From positions 672,001 to 736,000 of the forward strand of contig CAWCLO010000004.1 in the NCBI GenBank assembly GCA_963796455.1: a stretch of 64,000 bases of DNA, read 5' to 3'. Positions 20,876 to 31,841 of this stretch are shown piece after piece. How positions within the stretch are numbered: position 1 is the stretch's first letter; every line of letters starts with the position of its first letter. The translations under genes and the position numbers were made by a program. A model generated the notes under the pieces. That model saw only the letters and a list, made by a program, of their open reading frames with translations, had not been told where the DNA came from and did no database searches. Origin of the DNA: Candidatus Sulfomarinibacteraceae bacterium (GTDB lineage: Bacteria > Acidobacteriota > Thermoanaerobaculia > Thermoanaerobaculales > Sulfomarinibacteraceae).

Positions 20876-21904
20876 ATGAGAACTATTTCTAATTCTGGCC
20901 CTGGCGCCGGAGTCGCGGCGATCCTTGTTATCGGGGCGGTCGTTCTCAGTGTTTGCGGGTTTGCACGCGCTGCGGACATCTATCCGGACACGATGGACCT
21001 GGCAGCGGAGGGGTTCTCGCTTCGCAACGCTTCGTTCCTCGTGTCGCTGGTGGAGGTCGCCGGGCAGAATGACGCAGGTCGGATCCAAACGCAGCTGGCT
21101 GCGGTAGGGTTTGTTCGTTCAACCTTGATCAAGGGCAGAGTCCTCCATTGTGTTCTCGCAGAGCACGAGGACTATCTGGTGTTGGCGTTCAGGGGCTCGA
21201 CGACGATGCAGGATTGGCTGACCGATCTCAAGTTCACCCAGTCGAAAAGCAAGCGCACCGGTTTGCCCGGTAAGGTCCACCGTGGTTTTTACAAGTCTCT
21301 GGACCAGGAATGGCCGCGTCTCTCGGATCTTCTGAAACATGCCGGTGAAAGTGGCAAGCCCATCTGGATCACCGGCCACAGCCTCGGCGGAGGGCTCGCA
21401 CATCTCGCCGCCATGCGGGCCGCGCAGGAGGGAATCGGGGTGGCCGGAGTTTACACCTTCGCATCACCGAGGGTGGGCAACGACACCTTCGCCTCAGCGT
21501 ACGATCGGGTCTACCGCGGCCGGTCATTTCGGGTCGTCAACTCCAACGACCTTGTCCCCCACGTGCCGCCCAGCCAGCCCGCCGAGGGAGTCTTCGGCCG
21601 CATCGTCGCACCGGTCGGAGACACCCTCGAGCTCAAGATGGCGGTCAAAGGCGCGTTCATGATGGTCCACTACACCCATGCTGGAGACCTCTATCTCTTC
21701 GAAGACACGGGCGCATTCGCCGGGAGGCGAGCCTACTCTGACCGAAGCGATGTCGGCTACTGGCAGCGAGTCGAGTCAGAATACGGCGATGGATCGTGGC
21801 TGGTCCTCGTGGACGACCAGGGAAAGATCGCGAGGAACCATTTCCTGGCTGCCTACATCAAGGTCCTTCACGAAGCGGCGCGAACCGCAGACAACACCGG
21901 TTGA
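20876..21904 (+). CDS. Class 3 lipase, secreted
   Basis: LAFRGS, DWLTDL, VHRGF, TGHSLGG nucleophile elbow, YTFASPRVGN and DLVPHVP. Confidence 0.9.
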   Translation: MRTISNSGPGAGVAAILVIGAVVLSVCGFARAADIYPDTMDLAAEGFSLRNASFLVSLVEVAGQNDAGRIQTQLAAVGFVRSTLIKGRVLHCVLAEHEDYLVLAFRGSTTMQDWLTDLKFTQSKSKRTGLPGKVHRGFYKSLDQEWPRLSDLLKHAGESGKPIWITGHSLGGGLAHLAAMRAAQEGIGVAGVYTFASPRVGNDTFASAYDRVYRGRSFRVVNSNDLVPHVPPSQPAEGVFGRIVAPVGDTLELKMAVKGAFMMVHYTHAGDLYLFEDTGAFAGRRAYSDRSDVGYWQRVESEYGDGSWLVLVDDQGKIARNHFLAAYIKVLHEAARTADNTG

Positions 21905-22300
21905 CGGCTGAACGCGAAGCTCTTGCACCACGTATGCACCAATGAACGCATCACCGATGACGGGACGATACGGCGCATTGAGACATTGCACCGGAGTGGA
22001 GTTCGGAGTGGCGTGTGCAGGTTGGCGTTGGTGCAGTCGCGAGGTCGTCGGGCGGATCTGGTCGCTGCCGCTGATTGCTGAATACTGATCGCTGTTCCCC
22101 GTCTCTGATCCCTGTCGCTGCCCCTGGACTCTGTCGCTGCCGCTGCAATTCGGACGCGGACGCCGAGGGGGGGCGTGCAACCGCCAACTGGATATGGCAA
22201 AAACCAACCCGTAGACCACGTGCTGTCAGGTGGGAAATTTCATGACGTTCTGTTTTGGACAGCACTGATCGCGGATACTCGATTTCCCGAAAGGGTGGTA

Positions 22301-22334
22301 TCCAGGATCCAGCATCGAGCATCGAGTATCTAGT
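22301..22334. repeat. Heptamer tandem repeat (TCCAGCA-like, about 5 copies)
   Basis: tccagga tccagca tcgagca tcgagta tctagt, just beyond the lpdA stop. Confidence 0.6.
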
Positions 22335-22336
22335 GT

Positions 22337-23734
22337 CTACGAATGCAGCGCCCGCTTGTCCACTGCCAACGCCGCTTCCTTGACCACCTCGGAGAGCGTC
22401 GGATGGGCGTGGCAGGTCCGTGCGAGGTCTTCGGCCGAGGCGGAAAACTCCATTGCTATCGCAGCCTCTGCGATGAGTTCGGAAACTCTCGGCCCGACCA
22501 TGTGCACGCCGAGAATCCGATCTGTCTCCTTGTCCGCGAGGATCTTGACCATTCCAGTGAGTTGACCGAGGCTCTTGGCGCGGCCGTTGGCGCGGAACTG
22601 GAAGCGCCCGGTATTGAACTTCAGGCCGGCGTCTTTGAGTTCGGCCTCGGTGCGACCGACCATCGCCAACTCCGGTTCCGTGTAGACCACGTTCGGGATT
22701 ACATCGTAGTTGACGTGGCCGGGCATGCCGGCAATCTTTTCAGCCACAGCAACGCCCTCGTCCTCGGCTTTGTGGGCGAGCATGGGACCGCGGACGAGAT
22801 CGCCGATCGCCCAGATGCCGTCGATATTGGTTTTGAGGTCGTCGTCGACGGCGACCCGGCCATGCTCATCCAGGGCGACCCCGACCTCTTCGAGACCGGT
22901 GCCCTCGGTGCATGGACGACGTCCGACCGCTACCAGGACCCGGTCGGCGTTGATCTCTTCCGATCCGCCCTTGGCGTCTTCGATGGTCAGCTTGATGGTC
23001 TTTTTGAGGACCTTGCCGGCGGTGACCTTGCATGACAACCTGATGTCCATGCCCTGATCGGTCAGGGCCCGTTGCAGGGCGTTGGCCATCTGCTTGTCGG
23101 CGAAGGGCGTGATGGTCGGCAGCATCTCGATGACGGTGACTTCCGAGCCCAGTCGCCGCCAGACGCTTCCGAGTTCGAGACCGACCGCCCCGGCGCCGAT
23201 GACAACCAGTTTCTTCGGCACCTTGGCAAAATCAAGAGCCTCGGTCGACGACACCACCGATTGGCCGTCAAAGGGCAGAAAGGGCAGTTCGACGGCTTGA
23301 CTCCCCATTGCGAGACAGATGTTCTTGGCCGTGATCTCGGTGTCACCGCCGTCTCCGGTGACCGTTACTCGACCGGGTGCGGTCACGACGCCCCGGCCGT
23401 GCAGAACAACTACCTTGTTCTTCTTCATCAGCATCGCGACGCCGTCGGTCAAATCTTTGACGATGCCGCCCTTGCGGGCGAGCATGGCGGTGAGATCCAG
23501 GGCAATGTCACCGAGCATGACGCCATGCTCGGCCGCATGCTTGCGGGTCGTTTCATAGAGCTCTGATGACTCGAGGAGCGCCTTCGAAGGGATACAGCCG
23601 ATATTGAGGCAGGTGCCGCCGAGGGCGCTGCGCTTTTCGACCAGAGCGGTTTTGAGCCCGAGTTGGGCGGCCCGGATCGCGCAGACATAGCCGCCGGGCC
23701 CGGCACCGATGACGATCAGATCGTAAGAATCCAC
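22337..23734 (-). CDS. lpdA: Dihydrolipoyl dehydrogenase (E3)
   Basis: GTG start with GGAG RBS; GAGPGG, GGTCLNIGCIPSK, GAGAVG, MLAHKA and HAHPTLSE. Confidence 0.97.
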   Translation of the reverse strand: MDSYDLIVIGAGPGGYVCAIRAAQLGLKTALVEKRSALGGTCLNIGCIPSKALLESSELYETTRKHAAEHGVMLGDIALDLTAMLARKGGIVKDLTDGVAMLMKKNKVVVLHGRGVVTAPGRVTVTGDGGDTEITAKNICLAMGSQAVELPFLPFDGQSVVSSTEALDFAKVPKKLVVIGAGAVGLELGSVWRRLGSEVTVIEMLPTITPFADKQMANALQRALTDQGMDIRLSCKVTAGKVLKKTIKLTIEDAKGGSEEINADRVLVAVGRRPCTEGTGLEEVGVALDEHGRVAVDDDLKTNIDGIWAIGDLVRGPMLAHKAEDEGVAVAEKIAGMPGHVNYDVIPNVVYTEPELAMVGRTEAELKDAGLKFNTGRFQFRANGRAKSLGQLTGMVKILADKETDRILGVHMVGPRVSELIAEAAIAMEFSASAEDLARTCHAHPTLSEVVKEAALAVDKRALHS

Positions 23735-23736
23735 TC

Positions 23737-25011
23737 TTAAATCTCCAACAACATCCGGTCCGGATCCTCGATGCACTCGACGATTCGCTTGAGAAAGGTG
23801 ACGGCCTCGCGTCCGTCAATGATTCGGTGGTCGTAGGACATGGCCAGGTACATCATCGGCCGAATCACGATTTCGTCATCGACCACGACCGGGCGTTTTT
23901 TGATTGAGTGCATCCCGAGGATGGCGCTGCCCGGTGGATTGAGGATCGGGGTTGATTGCAGCGAGCCGAAGACGCCACCGTTGGAAATCGTGAAGACCGC
24001 CCCCGAAAGATCCGAAAGCTCGAGTCGCCGCTCTTTCGCGCGGGTCGCCAGATCTGCAATGCTCGACTCGATCTGGGCCATCGAGAGACGATCGGCGTCA
24101 CGAACAACCGGTACAACCAGGCCTTTGTCGGAGCTGACGGCAACGCCGATGTCGTAGTAGTGGTTGGTGACAATCTCGTCGCCGTCGATATAGGCGTTGA
24201 CCGCCGGCACGGTTTTGAGTGCGTTGACGGTTGCCTTGACAAAAAAGGACATGAATCCGAGCCCAACGCCGTGTTGCTGTTTGAAGTCTTCCTTGTATTG
24301 ACTGCGGAGATTCATGACCCGGCTCATGTCGACCTCGTTGAACGTGGTCAGAATAGCCGCAGTCTGCTGCACGTCCACCAACCGTTCGGCGAGGCGCTGA
24401 CGGAGCCTCGACATCGGCGATCGTGTCTGCCGTTGATCGGGCAGAGCGACCGGTTGTGGTGGCGGAGTCGCGGGTTTGGGGGGAGCCGCTGCGCTGGGCA
24501 CCGCGACCGGTGCCGTGGCGGGTGCGACCGGTTCGTGGCTGTCGAGATAACGGATCACGTCGCCCTTCAGCAAACGCCCGTCCTTGCCGGTGCCTTCAAT
24601 CAGTTTTGGATCCAGGTGGTGTTCGAGGACCAGACGCTGAACCGCAGGTGAAAGCCCGGAGACATCGATCGGCGGCTGCGAGTCTGCGCCGACATCGGTG
24701 GTGGCGACTTCCTCGGTTTTTGCCGCCACGTCGGCAGCCGTCTCTTCAGGCGGTGCCGGACCGGCTGCCGCGGTGGCATCGGTGTCGATGGTGGCTACCA
24801 CCTGCCCGACCTCGACGGTCTCACCCTCGGCAACCTGGATCTCGAGGCGGCCGGCATGCTCGGCATTGATCGTCATGGTGATTTTATCGGTCTCGAGGAC
24901 CAATAGAGGATCCTCCACCGAGACCACCGCACCGTCGGTCTGGGACCACTCGGCGAGGAAACCCTCGGTGATCGATTCGCCGATCTCAGGAATTTTGACT
25001 TCGACCGCCAT
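23737..25011 (-). CDS. sucB: 2-oxoglutarate dehydrogenase E2 (dihydrolipoyllysine succinyltransferase)
   Basis: Lipoyl domain LETDKI, E3-binding [16 protein letters not shown] and SYDHRIIDG. Confidence 0.97.
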   Translation of the reverse strand: MAVEVKIPEIGESITEGFLAEWSQTDGAVVSVEDPLLVLETDKITMTINAEHAGRLEIQVAEGETVEVGQVVATIDTDATAAAGPAPPEETAADVAAKTEEVATTDVGADSQPPIDVSGLSPAVQRLVLEHHLDPKLIEGTGKDGRLLKGDVIRYLDSHEPVAPATAPVAVPSAAAPPKPATPPPQPVALPDQRQTRSPMSRLRQRLAERLVDVQQTAAILTTFNEVDMSRVMNLRSQYKEDFKQQHGVGLGFMSFFVKATVNALKTVPAVNAYIDGDEIVTNHYYDIGVAVSSDKGLVVPVVRDADRLSMAQIESSIADLATRAKERRLELSDLSGAVFTISNGGVFGSLQSTPILNPPGSAILGMHSIKKRPVVVDDEIVIRPMMYLAMSYDHRIIDGREAVTFLKRIVECIEDPDRMLLEI

Positions 25012-25033
25012 CTGCAGAGCTCCTTGGGTGCTG

Positions 25034-27790
25034 TTATGAGTCGTTTGATTGTTCGAGGGCCGCTCGGACGAGTGCTTCCTGCTGAGCGCGATGAATACTG
25101 GCCGATCCTGTCGCCGGGCTCGCGCTTGGTTCGCGTCCGATATAGCGGATCGGGTGATCCGGGAAAATCTCCATGAGTCTGGGCATCATGAAGGTCCAAC
25201 CACCGCGGTTGCGGGTCTCTTCCTGGACCCATACAATTTCGCTTGCGCCCCGGTAGGGGGCCACGACCCTCTCGAGAAAGTCGCCGTTGAAGGGGTAGAA
25301 CTGCTCGACCCGGACGATGGCCACATCCGTGACATCCATCTCCTCGCGTCCCGCCGCGAGATCGTAAAATACCTTGCCGCTGCACAGCACCAGCCGGTGC
25401 GGCGCCTCCGGGGTCATCGGGTCATCGAGGATCTCCTGGAACTTGCCGACCGTCAGATCCTCGAGGGGCGAGACGGCCTGCTTGTGTCGCAGCAGGCTCT
25501 TGGGTGACATGATGATGAGCGGCCGGCGAAACTGGGAGATGATCTGTCGGCGCAGCGCGTGGAAGAACTGTGCCGGGGTGGTCAGGTTGCAGACCTGCAT
25601 GTTTTCTTCAGCGCAGGCCATGAGGTAGCGTTCGAGATAGGCGTTGGAGTGTTCCGGGCCCTGTCCCTCGTAGCCGTGCGGGAGCAACATCACCAGACCG
25701 CTGACCCGGTGCCATTTGTCGAGAGCCGCAGAGATGAACTGATCGATGATGACCTGGGCGCCATTTGCGAAATCGCCGAACTGCGCTTCCCAGAGAACCA
25801 ACATATTTGGTTCCACCAACGAGTAGCCGTAGTCAAAACCGAGAACCGCCGCTTCGGAAAGCATGCTGTTGTACACGCAGAAACGGGCCTGGTCCGGGGT
25901 GATGTGGTTGAGCGGGACCCAGATTTCCTGGCTGGTGGAATCGAACCAGGCGGCGTGGCGGTGTGAGAAGGTCCCGCGCATGCTGTCCTGGCCGCTGAGC
26001 CGGACCGGTGTCCCCTCCATGAGCAGGCTGCCGAATGCCAACAACTCCGCCAGCGCCCAATCCACTGAGCCGTCGTTTTCGACCGCGTCCAGCTGAGCGG
26101 GCAGCCGCCGCGCGACCTTCCGATTGAGTTTGAACCCTTCGGGCACGGTGGAGAGCGCGGTGGCGACTTCGAGCAGTTTGTCGACAGCCACGCCGGTCTC
26201 CGCGCAGTCAAAGCAATGGGGGTGGTCGTAGCCACTCCACAATCCGGCAAAGGCGTGGCCGTCGTCTTCTGTGAGGTCGCACGCCTCTTTGGCGCTCTGA
26301 AATGCTTCGACCAACCGCTCCTGCAAGGAGTTGGTGAGCTCCTCACTTTCGCTCAGGGTGATGTCATGTGCGCTTTCGAGTTGCAGTTGGTAAATGGCGC
26401 GGGTCGACGGCCGGTTCTGGATCTTCTGATACATCAATGGCTGGGTGAAAACAGGTTCATCACCCTCGTTATGACCGTGCTTCCGGTAGCAGACCATATC
26501 GATCACCACATCCTGCCGAAACTCCTGCCGGAATCGAAGGGCGAGGTCGACGACGTGCACCACCGCCTCCGGATCGTCGCCATTGACGTGGAAGATCGGA
26601 GCCTCCACCATCTTTGCCACATCGGTGGGGTAGCGGGTCGAGCGGGCTTCACCCGGCAGCGTGGTGAACCCGATCTGGTTGTTGACCACGATATGCACGG
26701 TTCCGCCGGTCTCATATCCCTTGAGCTGGGAAAGATTGAAGGTCTCCGCCACCAGACCCTGGCCGGCGAAGGCTGCGTCGCCGTGCAACAACAAGGGCAG
26801 GACCTTGCGGCGTTTCGCGGTGTCCCCGCGCCGCCGTTGTTTGGCCCGCGTCCTTCCCTCGACAACCGGATCCACTGCCTCGAGATGACTGGGGTTCGCG
26901 GTCAGGCTGATGTGGACGCTTCTGCCTTCAACCGTATTGTAATCAGATGAATATCCGCGGTGGTACTTGACGTCACCGTCACCGCCGTACGGGTCCGGTC
27001 TGACATTGTCCTCGAACTCGTGGAAGATCATCGAGTAGGGCTTGCGCAGGATGTTCGCCAGAACGTTGAGACGGCCCCGGTGGGACATCCCCATGACGAT
27101 CTCCTCCGCCCCTGTCTCGACTGCTGTCTCGACGAACTGATGCAGAGCCGGTATCAGCGACTCGCCGCCCTCCAGAGAAAAGCGTTTCTGGCCCTGGTAG
27201 CGGCCGTGGGTGAAGCTCTCGAAAAGTTCGGCGTCAATCAATTGCGCGAGGATCCGGTGTTTTTTGTCGCGGCTCAACTGCGGCCGGTTGCGGATCGGTT
27301 CCATCTGCTCCTGCAGCCACCGGCGGACGGCCGTGTCCTGAACGTGAAGGTACTCGACGCCGATGGTGCCGCAGTAGGTTTCTCGAAGCACCAAAATGAT
27401 CTCGCGCAGGGTGATCTGCTGCGGCCCGCCCATGTGACCGGTGTCAAAAACCTGGTCGAGGTTTTCTTCACTGAGGCCGAAAGTTTCGAGTTCCAGCAGG
27501 GGGTGGCTTGCCAGATTGTCGCCGAGAGGGTCGAGGTCCGCAACGAGGTGGCCGAGGTTTCGATAAGCAAAGATCAGGCTGGCAACCTTCGATTGCTCGG
27601 ATGCGCGTTCGGAGGCCACGGGGCTGCTCGGCCGAAAGGCGAGATCGAAGCCCGCAAAGAAAATCCGCCACTCTTCGCTCAGCGTGGACGGGTCGGATTG
27701 CCATTGCAGGTAGAGTTCTTCCACATAACCCGAACTGGCGAGCAGCGCCAGGTTTTGCGGCGAATAATCGGATGCGGCTCCTGTGGCCAT
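25034..27790 (-). CDS. sucA: 2-oxoglutarate dehydrogenase E1
   Basis: [57 protein letters not shown] and [14 protein letters not shown]. Confidence 0.98.
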   Translation of the reverse strand: MATGAASDYSPQNLALLASSGYVEELYLQWQSDPSTLSEEWRIFFAGFDLAFRPSSPVASERASEQSKVASLIFAYRNLGHLVADLDPLGDNLASHPLLELETFGLSEENLDQVFDTGHMGGPQQITLREIILVLRETYCGTIGVEYLHVQDTAVRRWLQEQMEPIRNRPQLSRDKKHRILAQLIDAELFESFTHGRYQGQKRFSLEGGESLIPALHQFVETAVETGAEEIVMGMSHRGRLNVLANILRKPYSMIFHEFEDNVRPDPYGGDGDVKYHRGYSSDYNTVEGRSVHISLTANPSHLEAVDPVVEGRTRAKQRRRGDTAKRRKVLPLLLHGDAAFAGQGLVAETFNLSQLKGYETGGTVHIVVNNQIGFTTLPGEARSTRYPTDVAKMVEAPIFHVNGDDPEAVVHVVDLALRFRQEFRQDVVIDMVCYRKHGHNEGDEPVFTQPLMYQKIQNRPSTRAIYQLQLESAHDITLSESEELTNSLQERLVEAFQSAKEACDLTEDDGHAFAGLWSGYDHPHCFDCAETGVAVDKLLEVATALSTVPEGFKLNRKVARRLPAQLDAVENDGSVDWALAELLAFGSLLMEGTPVRLSGQDSMRGTFSHRHAAWFDSTSQEIWVPLNHITPDQARFCVYNSMLSEAAVLGFDYGYSLVEPNMLVLWEAQFGDFANGAQVIIDQFISAALDKWHRVSGLVMLLPHGYEGQGPEHSNAYLERYLMACAEENMQVCNLTTPAQFFHALRRQIISQFRRPLIIMSPKSLLRHKQAVSPLEDLTVGKFQEILDDPMTPEAPHRLVLCSGKVFYDLAAGREEMDVTDVAIVRVEQFYPFNGDFLERVVAPYRGASEIVWVQEETRNRGGWTFMMPRLMEIFPDHPIRYIGREPSASPATGSASIHRAQQEALVRAALEQSNDS

Positions 27791-27972
27791 CAATCAAGCT
27801 CCTCGGCGTCGGTTCGATTCGAGCGGCGAACGCCATCATCACATAACATTTCGGAGGATTATGGCATTTCCTCGCCTCGATGGTAGCGATGGCGGAGTAT
27901 ATATCGCAATTGAGTGTTCATCGCATTTTCCAGGAGAAGACTCATGCGGTTCGGCAAGCTCTGGTCGAAGCG

Positions 27973-28088
27973 ATGAGGCTATGAGGCAATGAGGCTATGG
28001 AACGGTGAGGCGATGACGCCATCCGATATGCAAAACTCCATAGCCAGGCCGCGCCGGCGGCCGGTCACTGCCTCGCTGCCTCGCTGCC
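27973..28088. repeat. Octamer tandem repeats in two facing arms
   Basis: (ATGAGGCW)-like x6 at 27973-28020 and (TCGCTGCC)-like x3 at 28065-28088. Confidence 0.65.
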
Positions 28089-28108
28089 TATTCGCGTAGA
28101 ATGGCCGC

Positions 28109-28513
28109 ATGAAATCCCTGTCGCTGGAAAAAGCCGAATTCTTGAGGGTTCTCGCCGCCCGCATCGTGCCCGAAACAGTCGCTCTCGATCAGGCCGCTGC
28201 GGCTCGGTTCTTCGCTATCATCGACCACACTTTGTTGGAACGAGATGCCTCGGTGCGTCGCCAATTTTCGATTTTTCTGGGCGTCCTCCGCTGGGCGCCG
28301 CTTGTTCGCTACGGTGGAAGCTTCGAAGGGCTCCGGAAGGACCGAAAAGATGCGGTGTTGAGATTTTTCGAAGACTGCCCCGTCAGTTTGCTCCGCAAGG
28401 GGTTTTGGGGGCTCAAGGCAATGGTGTTCATGGGATATTACGGGCAGCCGGAAACCAATCAGGAGCTGGGCTATAACCCGTCGGTCGACGGAAGGAACGG
28501 TCTCCATGCCTGA
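28109..28513 (+). CDS. GMC-associated small subunit (gluconate 2-dehydrogenase subunit 3-like)
   Basis: LAARIVP, F..L...RKDAVL, LRKGFWGLKAMVFMGYYG and LGY; overlaps the GMC gene start. Confidence 0.75.
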   Translation: MKSLSLEKAEFLRVLAARIVPETVALDQAAAARFFAIIDHTLLERDASVRRQFSIFLGVLRWAPLVRYGGSFEGLRKDRKDAVLRFFEDCPVSLLRKGFWGLKAMVFMGYYGQPETNQELGYNPSVDGRNGLHA

Positions 28514-30008
28514 GCTCGAATACGACATCGTCATCATCGGCTCCGGTGCCGGCGGCGGCGCGACCGCCAAGGAGCTCGTTCCTTTGTGCGCCGAAGGGGC
28601 CCGAATCGCCGTGCTCGAGTGGGGCTCCAAGCTGCGCGACGAGGAGTTCACTGGGCACGAGGTCGATATGGCCTCCAAGCTGTATTTCGACTCCGGCGGG
28701 ACATTTACCAAAGATCGTGTGATGACTCTGGCCTATGGCCGGGCCTATGGTGGTTCAACCGTGATCTATACGGGTACCTCGCTCGCCATGCCGGAAGAGG
28801 TTGTGGCGAAGTGGAACGTACCTGGCATCGTGTACGAGGATCTCCACCCGAGGGCGCTGAAGTATCTGGATGAGAACAACGTTCACCTGCTTCCTGATGA
28901 CCAAATCAACGACAACAACCGGCTCTTTCTCGACGGCTGCACGGAGCTGGGCTACCAGGTGGAACAGTTTCCGATCAACGTCAAGGGCTGCAGATCCTCG
29001 AGCCTCTGCAACCTCGGGTGTCCCAACCAGGCCAAGCAGGGAACCCATCGGGTGCAGTTACCGCAGGCTGAGGCTGGTGGCGTCGAGGTCATCACGAATT
29101 GCCGGGTCACGAAGATCGGCGAACGCAGCTGCGAGGCGGTTGTTGCCGATCCGGGTTATGGAGAGGCGTCAGCTCTCGAACCGGGTTCCTACCGAATCAA
29201 AGCCAAGGTCATCGTTGTCGCGGCTGGTGGAGCGGTCAACTCGCCGGCGCTTTTGTTGCGTTCCGGGTTTGGAGACTCGCTGCCGGCCCTCGGCCGCTAT
29301 ATCACCTTGCATCCTGCGCTGATCCTGGTGGGCGAACACGCGCAAAAGATCAGCAACTTCAACGGCCATCCCAAGAGCTATTACTGCGACCATTTTTGGC
29401 AGAAGGATCGATTCCTGCTGGAAACCTGTATGTATTTCCCCTTTGTCACCGCCAAAAACCTGATCGGTTTCGGCGCCGAGCATTCCGAGTTGATGCGGGC
29501 CTTTCCGCGTCTGCAGATGATCCTGGTCCTCGCGCTCGACCCGGCGCTTGCGGAGAACAGAGTGACGGTGGATTCCAGGGGCGTTCCGGTGGTTGACTAC
29601 ACCCTGACCGACGGCGTGCTCGACACCCTCCACGCCTCGATGTTGGCGAGCACCAGGGTCTTTTTTGCTGCGGGTGCGGAACGCGTGCACGCTCCGGCCG
29701 GCACGAACTTCTTCATCGAGCGGTCCGATGCAGGTCGGATCGATGAGTTGATCCCGCGGGCCAACGTCAAACCGGGCAAGATTTCGGTCACCTCGGCACA
29801 TCTCATGGGTGGATGCCGGATGGGGCGTGACGCCACCGATTCGGTGACCGACGGGTGGGGGAGGGTCCATGGGTCGCCCTGGCTGTTCGTCGCCGACTCG
29901 AGCCTGTTTCCGCGCTGTTCGGAAGTCAATCCCTATGTGACGGTCATGGCGCTTGCCGATCGCGTCGCCGAGGGCATACGCAACAATGCAGGGGAGCTTT
30001 TAGCATGA
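28506..30008 (+). CDS. GMC family FAD oxidoreductase
   Basis: IIGSGAGG, GRAYGGSTVI, C....CNLGC, SAHLMGGCRMG, VADSSLFP and VNPYVTVMALA. Confidence 0.92.
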   Translation: MPELEYDIVIIGSGAGGGATAKELVPLCAEGARIAVLEWGSKLRDEEFTGHEVDMASKLYFDSGGTFTKDRVMTLAYGRAYGGSTVIYTGTSLAMPEEVVAKWNVPGIVYEDLHPRALKYLDENNVHLLPDDQINDNNRLFLDGCTELGYQVEQFPINVKGCRSSSLCNLGCPNQAKQGTHRVQLPQAEAGGVEVITNCRVTKIGERSCEAVVADPGYGEASALEPGSYRIKAKVIVVAAGGAVNSPALLLRSGFGDSLPALGRYITLHPALILVGEHAQKISNFNGHPKSYYCDHFWQKDRFLLETCMYFPFVTAKNLIGFGAEHSELMRAFPRLQMILVLALDPALAENRVTVDSRGVPVVDYTLTDGVLDTLHASMLASTRVFFAAGAERVHAPAGTNFFIERSDAGRIDELIPRANVKPGKISVTSAHLMGGCRMGRDATDSVTDGWGRVHGSPWLFVADSSLFPRCSEVNPYVTVMALADRVAEGIRNNAGELLA

Positions 30009-31723
30009 AGACTCGCGCCGCCAAGGAGATCGCCCGCGCGCTCGCGGACGAAGGTGTGCGATACACCTTCGGAATTCCGGGAACCCACAATATCGAGCTC
30101 TACGATGCCCTCGCAAAAACCGACGGCATCGAGACGGTTCTGGTGACCTCGGAAGTTGCGGGTGCGTTCGTCGCGGTGGGATTTTCGGCTTCTTCCGATC
30201 AAGTCGGAGTGATCAACGTCGTACCGGGTGCAGGGGTGACCTACAGTCTGTCGGGCATTGCTGAAGCCTTTATGGACAACATTCCGATGGTGGTTTTGGC
30301 CAGCGGAATTCGATCCGATACCGATGCCGCATATCAGCTGCACGCCATCGACCAGTTGGCCGCGCTGCGGCCGGTGACCAAAGAAGCGGTCCGGGTGGAT
30401 CGGGCCGAGGATCTTTATCCGACGATCCGCCGGGCCTTCCGGATCGCCCGACAGGGTGCGCCCGGGCCGGTTGCGGTCGAGATCCCCGCGCAGCTTTTCA
30501 TGTTTCGCCAGGAGATCGGAGCCGTTGCCTTCGAAGCGGAGCCCGATCTCGGTGGATCTCCGGAAGCGGAATTGGTGGAGAGCGCTGCAGCGATGCTCGC
30601 TGAAGCCAAACACCCGGCCATCTATCTCGGCAAGGGGGCTGCAGGCGCCGCCGACCTGTTGGTTGCTTTGGCTGAGCAGCTGGGCGCGCCGGTGACCAGT
30701 TCCTTCAGCGGCAAGGGTGTTTTTCCGGAAAACCACCGGCTCTGGCTGTGGAATGGTTTTGGCCGCCAGGCTCCGCCATTTGCGCGGACGATCATGGACC
30801 GGTGCGACTGCCTGCTCGCTATCGGCTGCCGATTTGGCGAAGTCACAACGGCCGGTTACGGCATCGAGCCGCCGGAGCAGCTGATTCACGTCGATATCGA
30901 GCCCGAGGTCTTCAACCGCAATTTTCCGGCCAAGATCGCCATCAGGTCCGACGCGCGGTCGTTTGTCGAAGCACTCGGTGGCCTTATCGACGGTCGCCGT
31001 CCCTCCGAGAGCCTGGCCGGCGAAATCGCAGACGGACACACCGCGGTCCGCGAGAATTGGCGCAGCAAATCCAGCGCGACGCGGGTCACGCCGAATGCGC
31101 TCTTCGAGGCCCTTCAGCGGCACTGCAACGAAGATGCGATTTACGCGACCGATAGTGGCAACGGCACTTTCCTGGCGGTCGAACATCTGCGGATTTTGGC
31201 TCCAGGCAGATTTCTCGCTCCCACCGATTTTTCGTGTATGGGTTTCTCGGTGCCGGTTGCGATCGGTGCCTGCTTTGCCAACCCCGGCCGCGACGTGGTG
31301 GCCTTGCCGGGCGATGGCGCATTCCTGATGACCGGGCTCGAGTTGGTCACCGCCTCGGCCTACGGATTGGCGCCGTTGGTGTGTGTGTTGCGAGATGGCA
31401 AGTTGTCGCAGATCGCCCAGTTCCAGAAGATGCAGGTCAATCGCGAGACCTCGAGCGTGCTGCCTGAATACGATCTCGAGGCCTTCGCCGGGGTGAGCGG
31501 CAGCCGCTATTTTCGGATCATCCGCGACGTGGAGCTCGATTCGGTCCTGCCCGCGGCCCTCGAGATGACCCGCGCCGGAACTCCCGTCCTGATCGAAGTC
31601 GTGATCGACTACTCGCAAAAGACATACTTCACCAAGGGCGTTGTCAAAAACGTCTTCTCGCTTCTGCCCTGGGGCGATCGGGTGGCAAACATTCTTCGCG
31701 CGGTGGGCCGACGGATCGTTTGA
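30005..31723 (+). CDS. Thiamine-diphosphate enzyme (acetolactate synthase large subunit-like)
   Basis: FGIPGTHNIELY, catalytic E (TSEVAG), PGPVAVEIP, GKGVFPE, MGFSVP and GDGAF. Confidence 0.9.
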   Translation: MKTRAAKEIARALADEGVRYTFGIPGTHNIELYDALAKTDGIETVLVTSEVAGAFVAVGFSASSDQVGVINVVPGAGVTYSLSGIAEAFMDNIPMVVLASGIRSDTDAAYQLHAIDQLAALRPVTKEAVRVDRAEDLYPTIRRAFRIARQGAPGPVAVEIPAQLFMFRQEIGAVAFEAEPDLGGSPEAELVESAAAMLAEAKHPAIYLGKGAAGAADLLVALAEQLGAPVTSSFSGKGVFPENHRLWLWNGFGRQAPPFARTIMDRCDCLLAIGCRFGEVTTAGYGIEPPEQLIHVDIEPEVFNRNFPAKIAIRSDARSFVEALGGLIDGRRPSESLAGEIADGHTAVRENWRSKSSATRVTPNALFEALQRHCNEDAIYATDSGNGTFLAVEHLRILAPGRFLAPTDFSCMGFSVPVAIGACFANPGRDVVALPGDGAFLMTGLELVTASAYGLAPLVCVLRDGKLSQIAQFQKMQVNRETSSVLPEYDLEAFAGVSGSRYFRIIRDVELDSVLPAALEMTRAGTPVLIEVVIDYSQKTYFTKGVVKNVFSLLPWGDRVANILRAVGRRIV

Positions 31724-31747
31724 CCCTCTTCGCGCTCGACAAAACGA

Positions 31748-31780
31748 ATCGGTATCGGTATCGGTATCGCTATCGCTATT
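31748..31780. repeat. Hexamer tandem repeat (ATCGST)x5
   Basis: atcggt atcggt atcggt atcgct atcgct att. Confidence 0.8.
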
Positions 31781-31841
31781 GATAGATGAATTCCCGACGG
31801 CAGGATTGCATCACGAAGGCAGGCGGACCACAATACTCACA

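Noticed and set aside
3680..22336. Classical integron or CALIN
   Set aside because: No intI, genes face both ways, and junctions lack RYYYAAC...GTTRRRY ends. The only candidate (gctgaac 21907 ... gttcgga 22001) pairs poorly in the L box.
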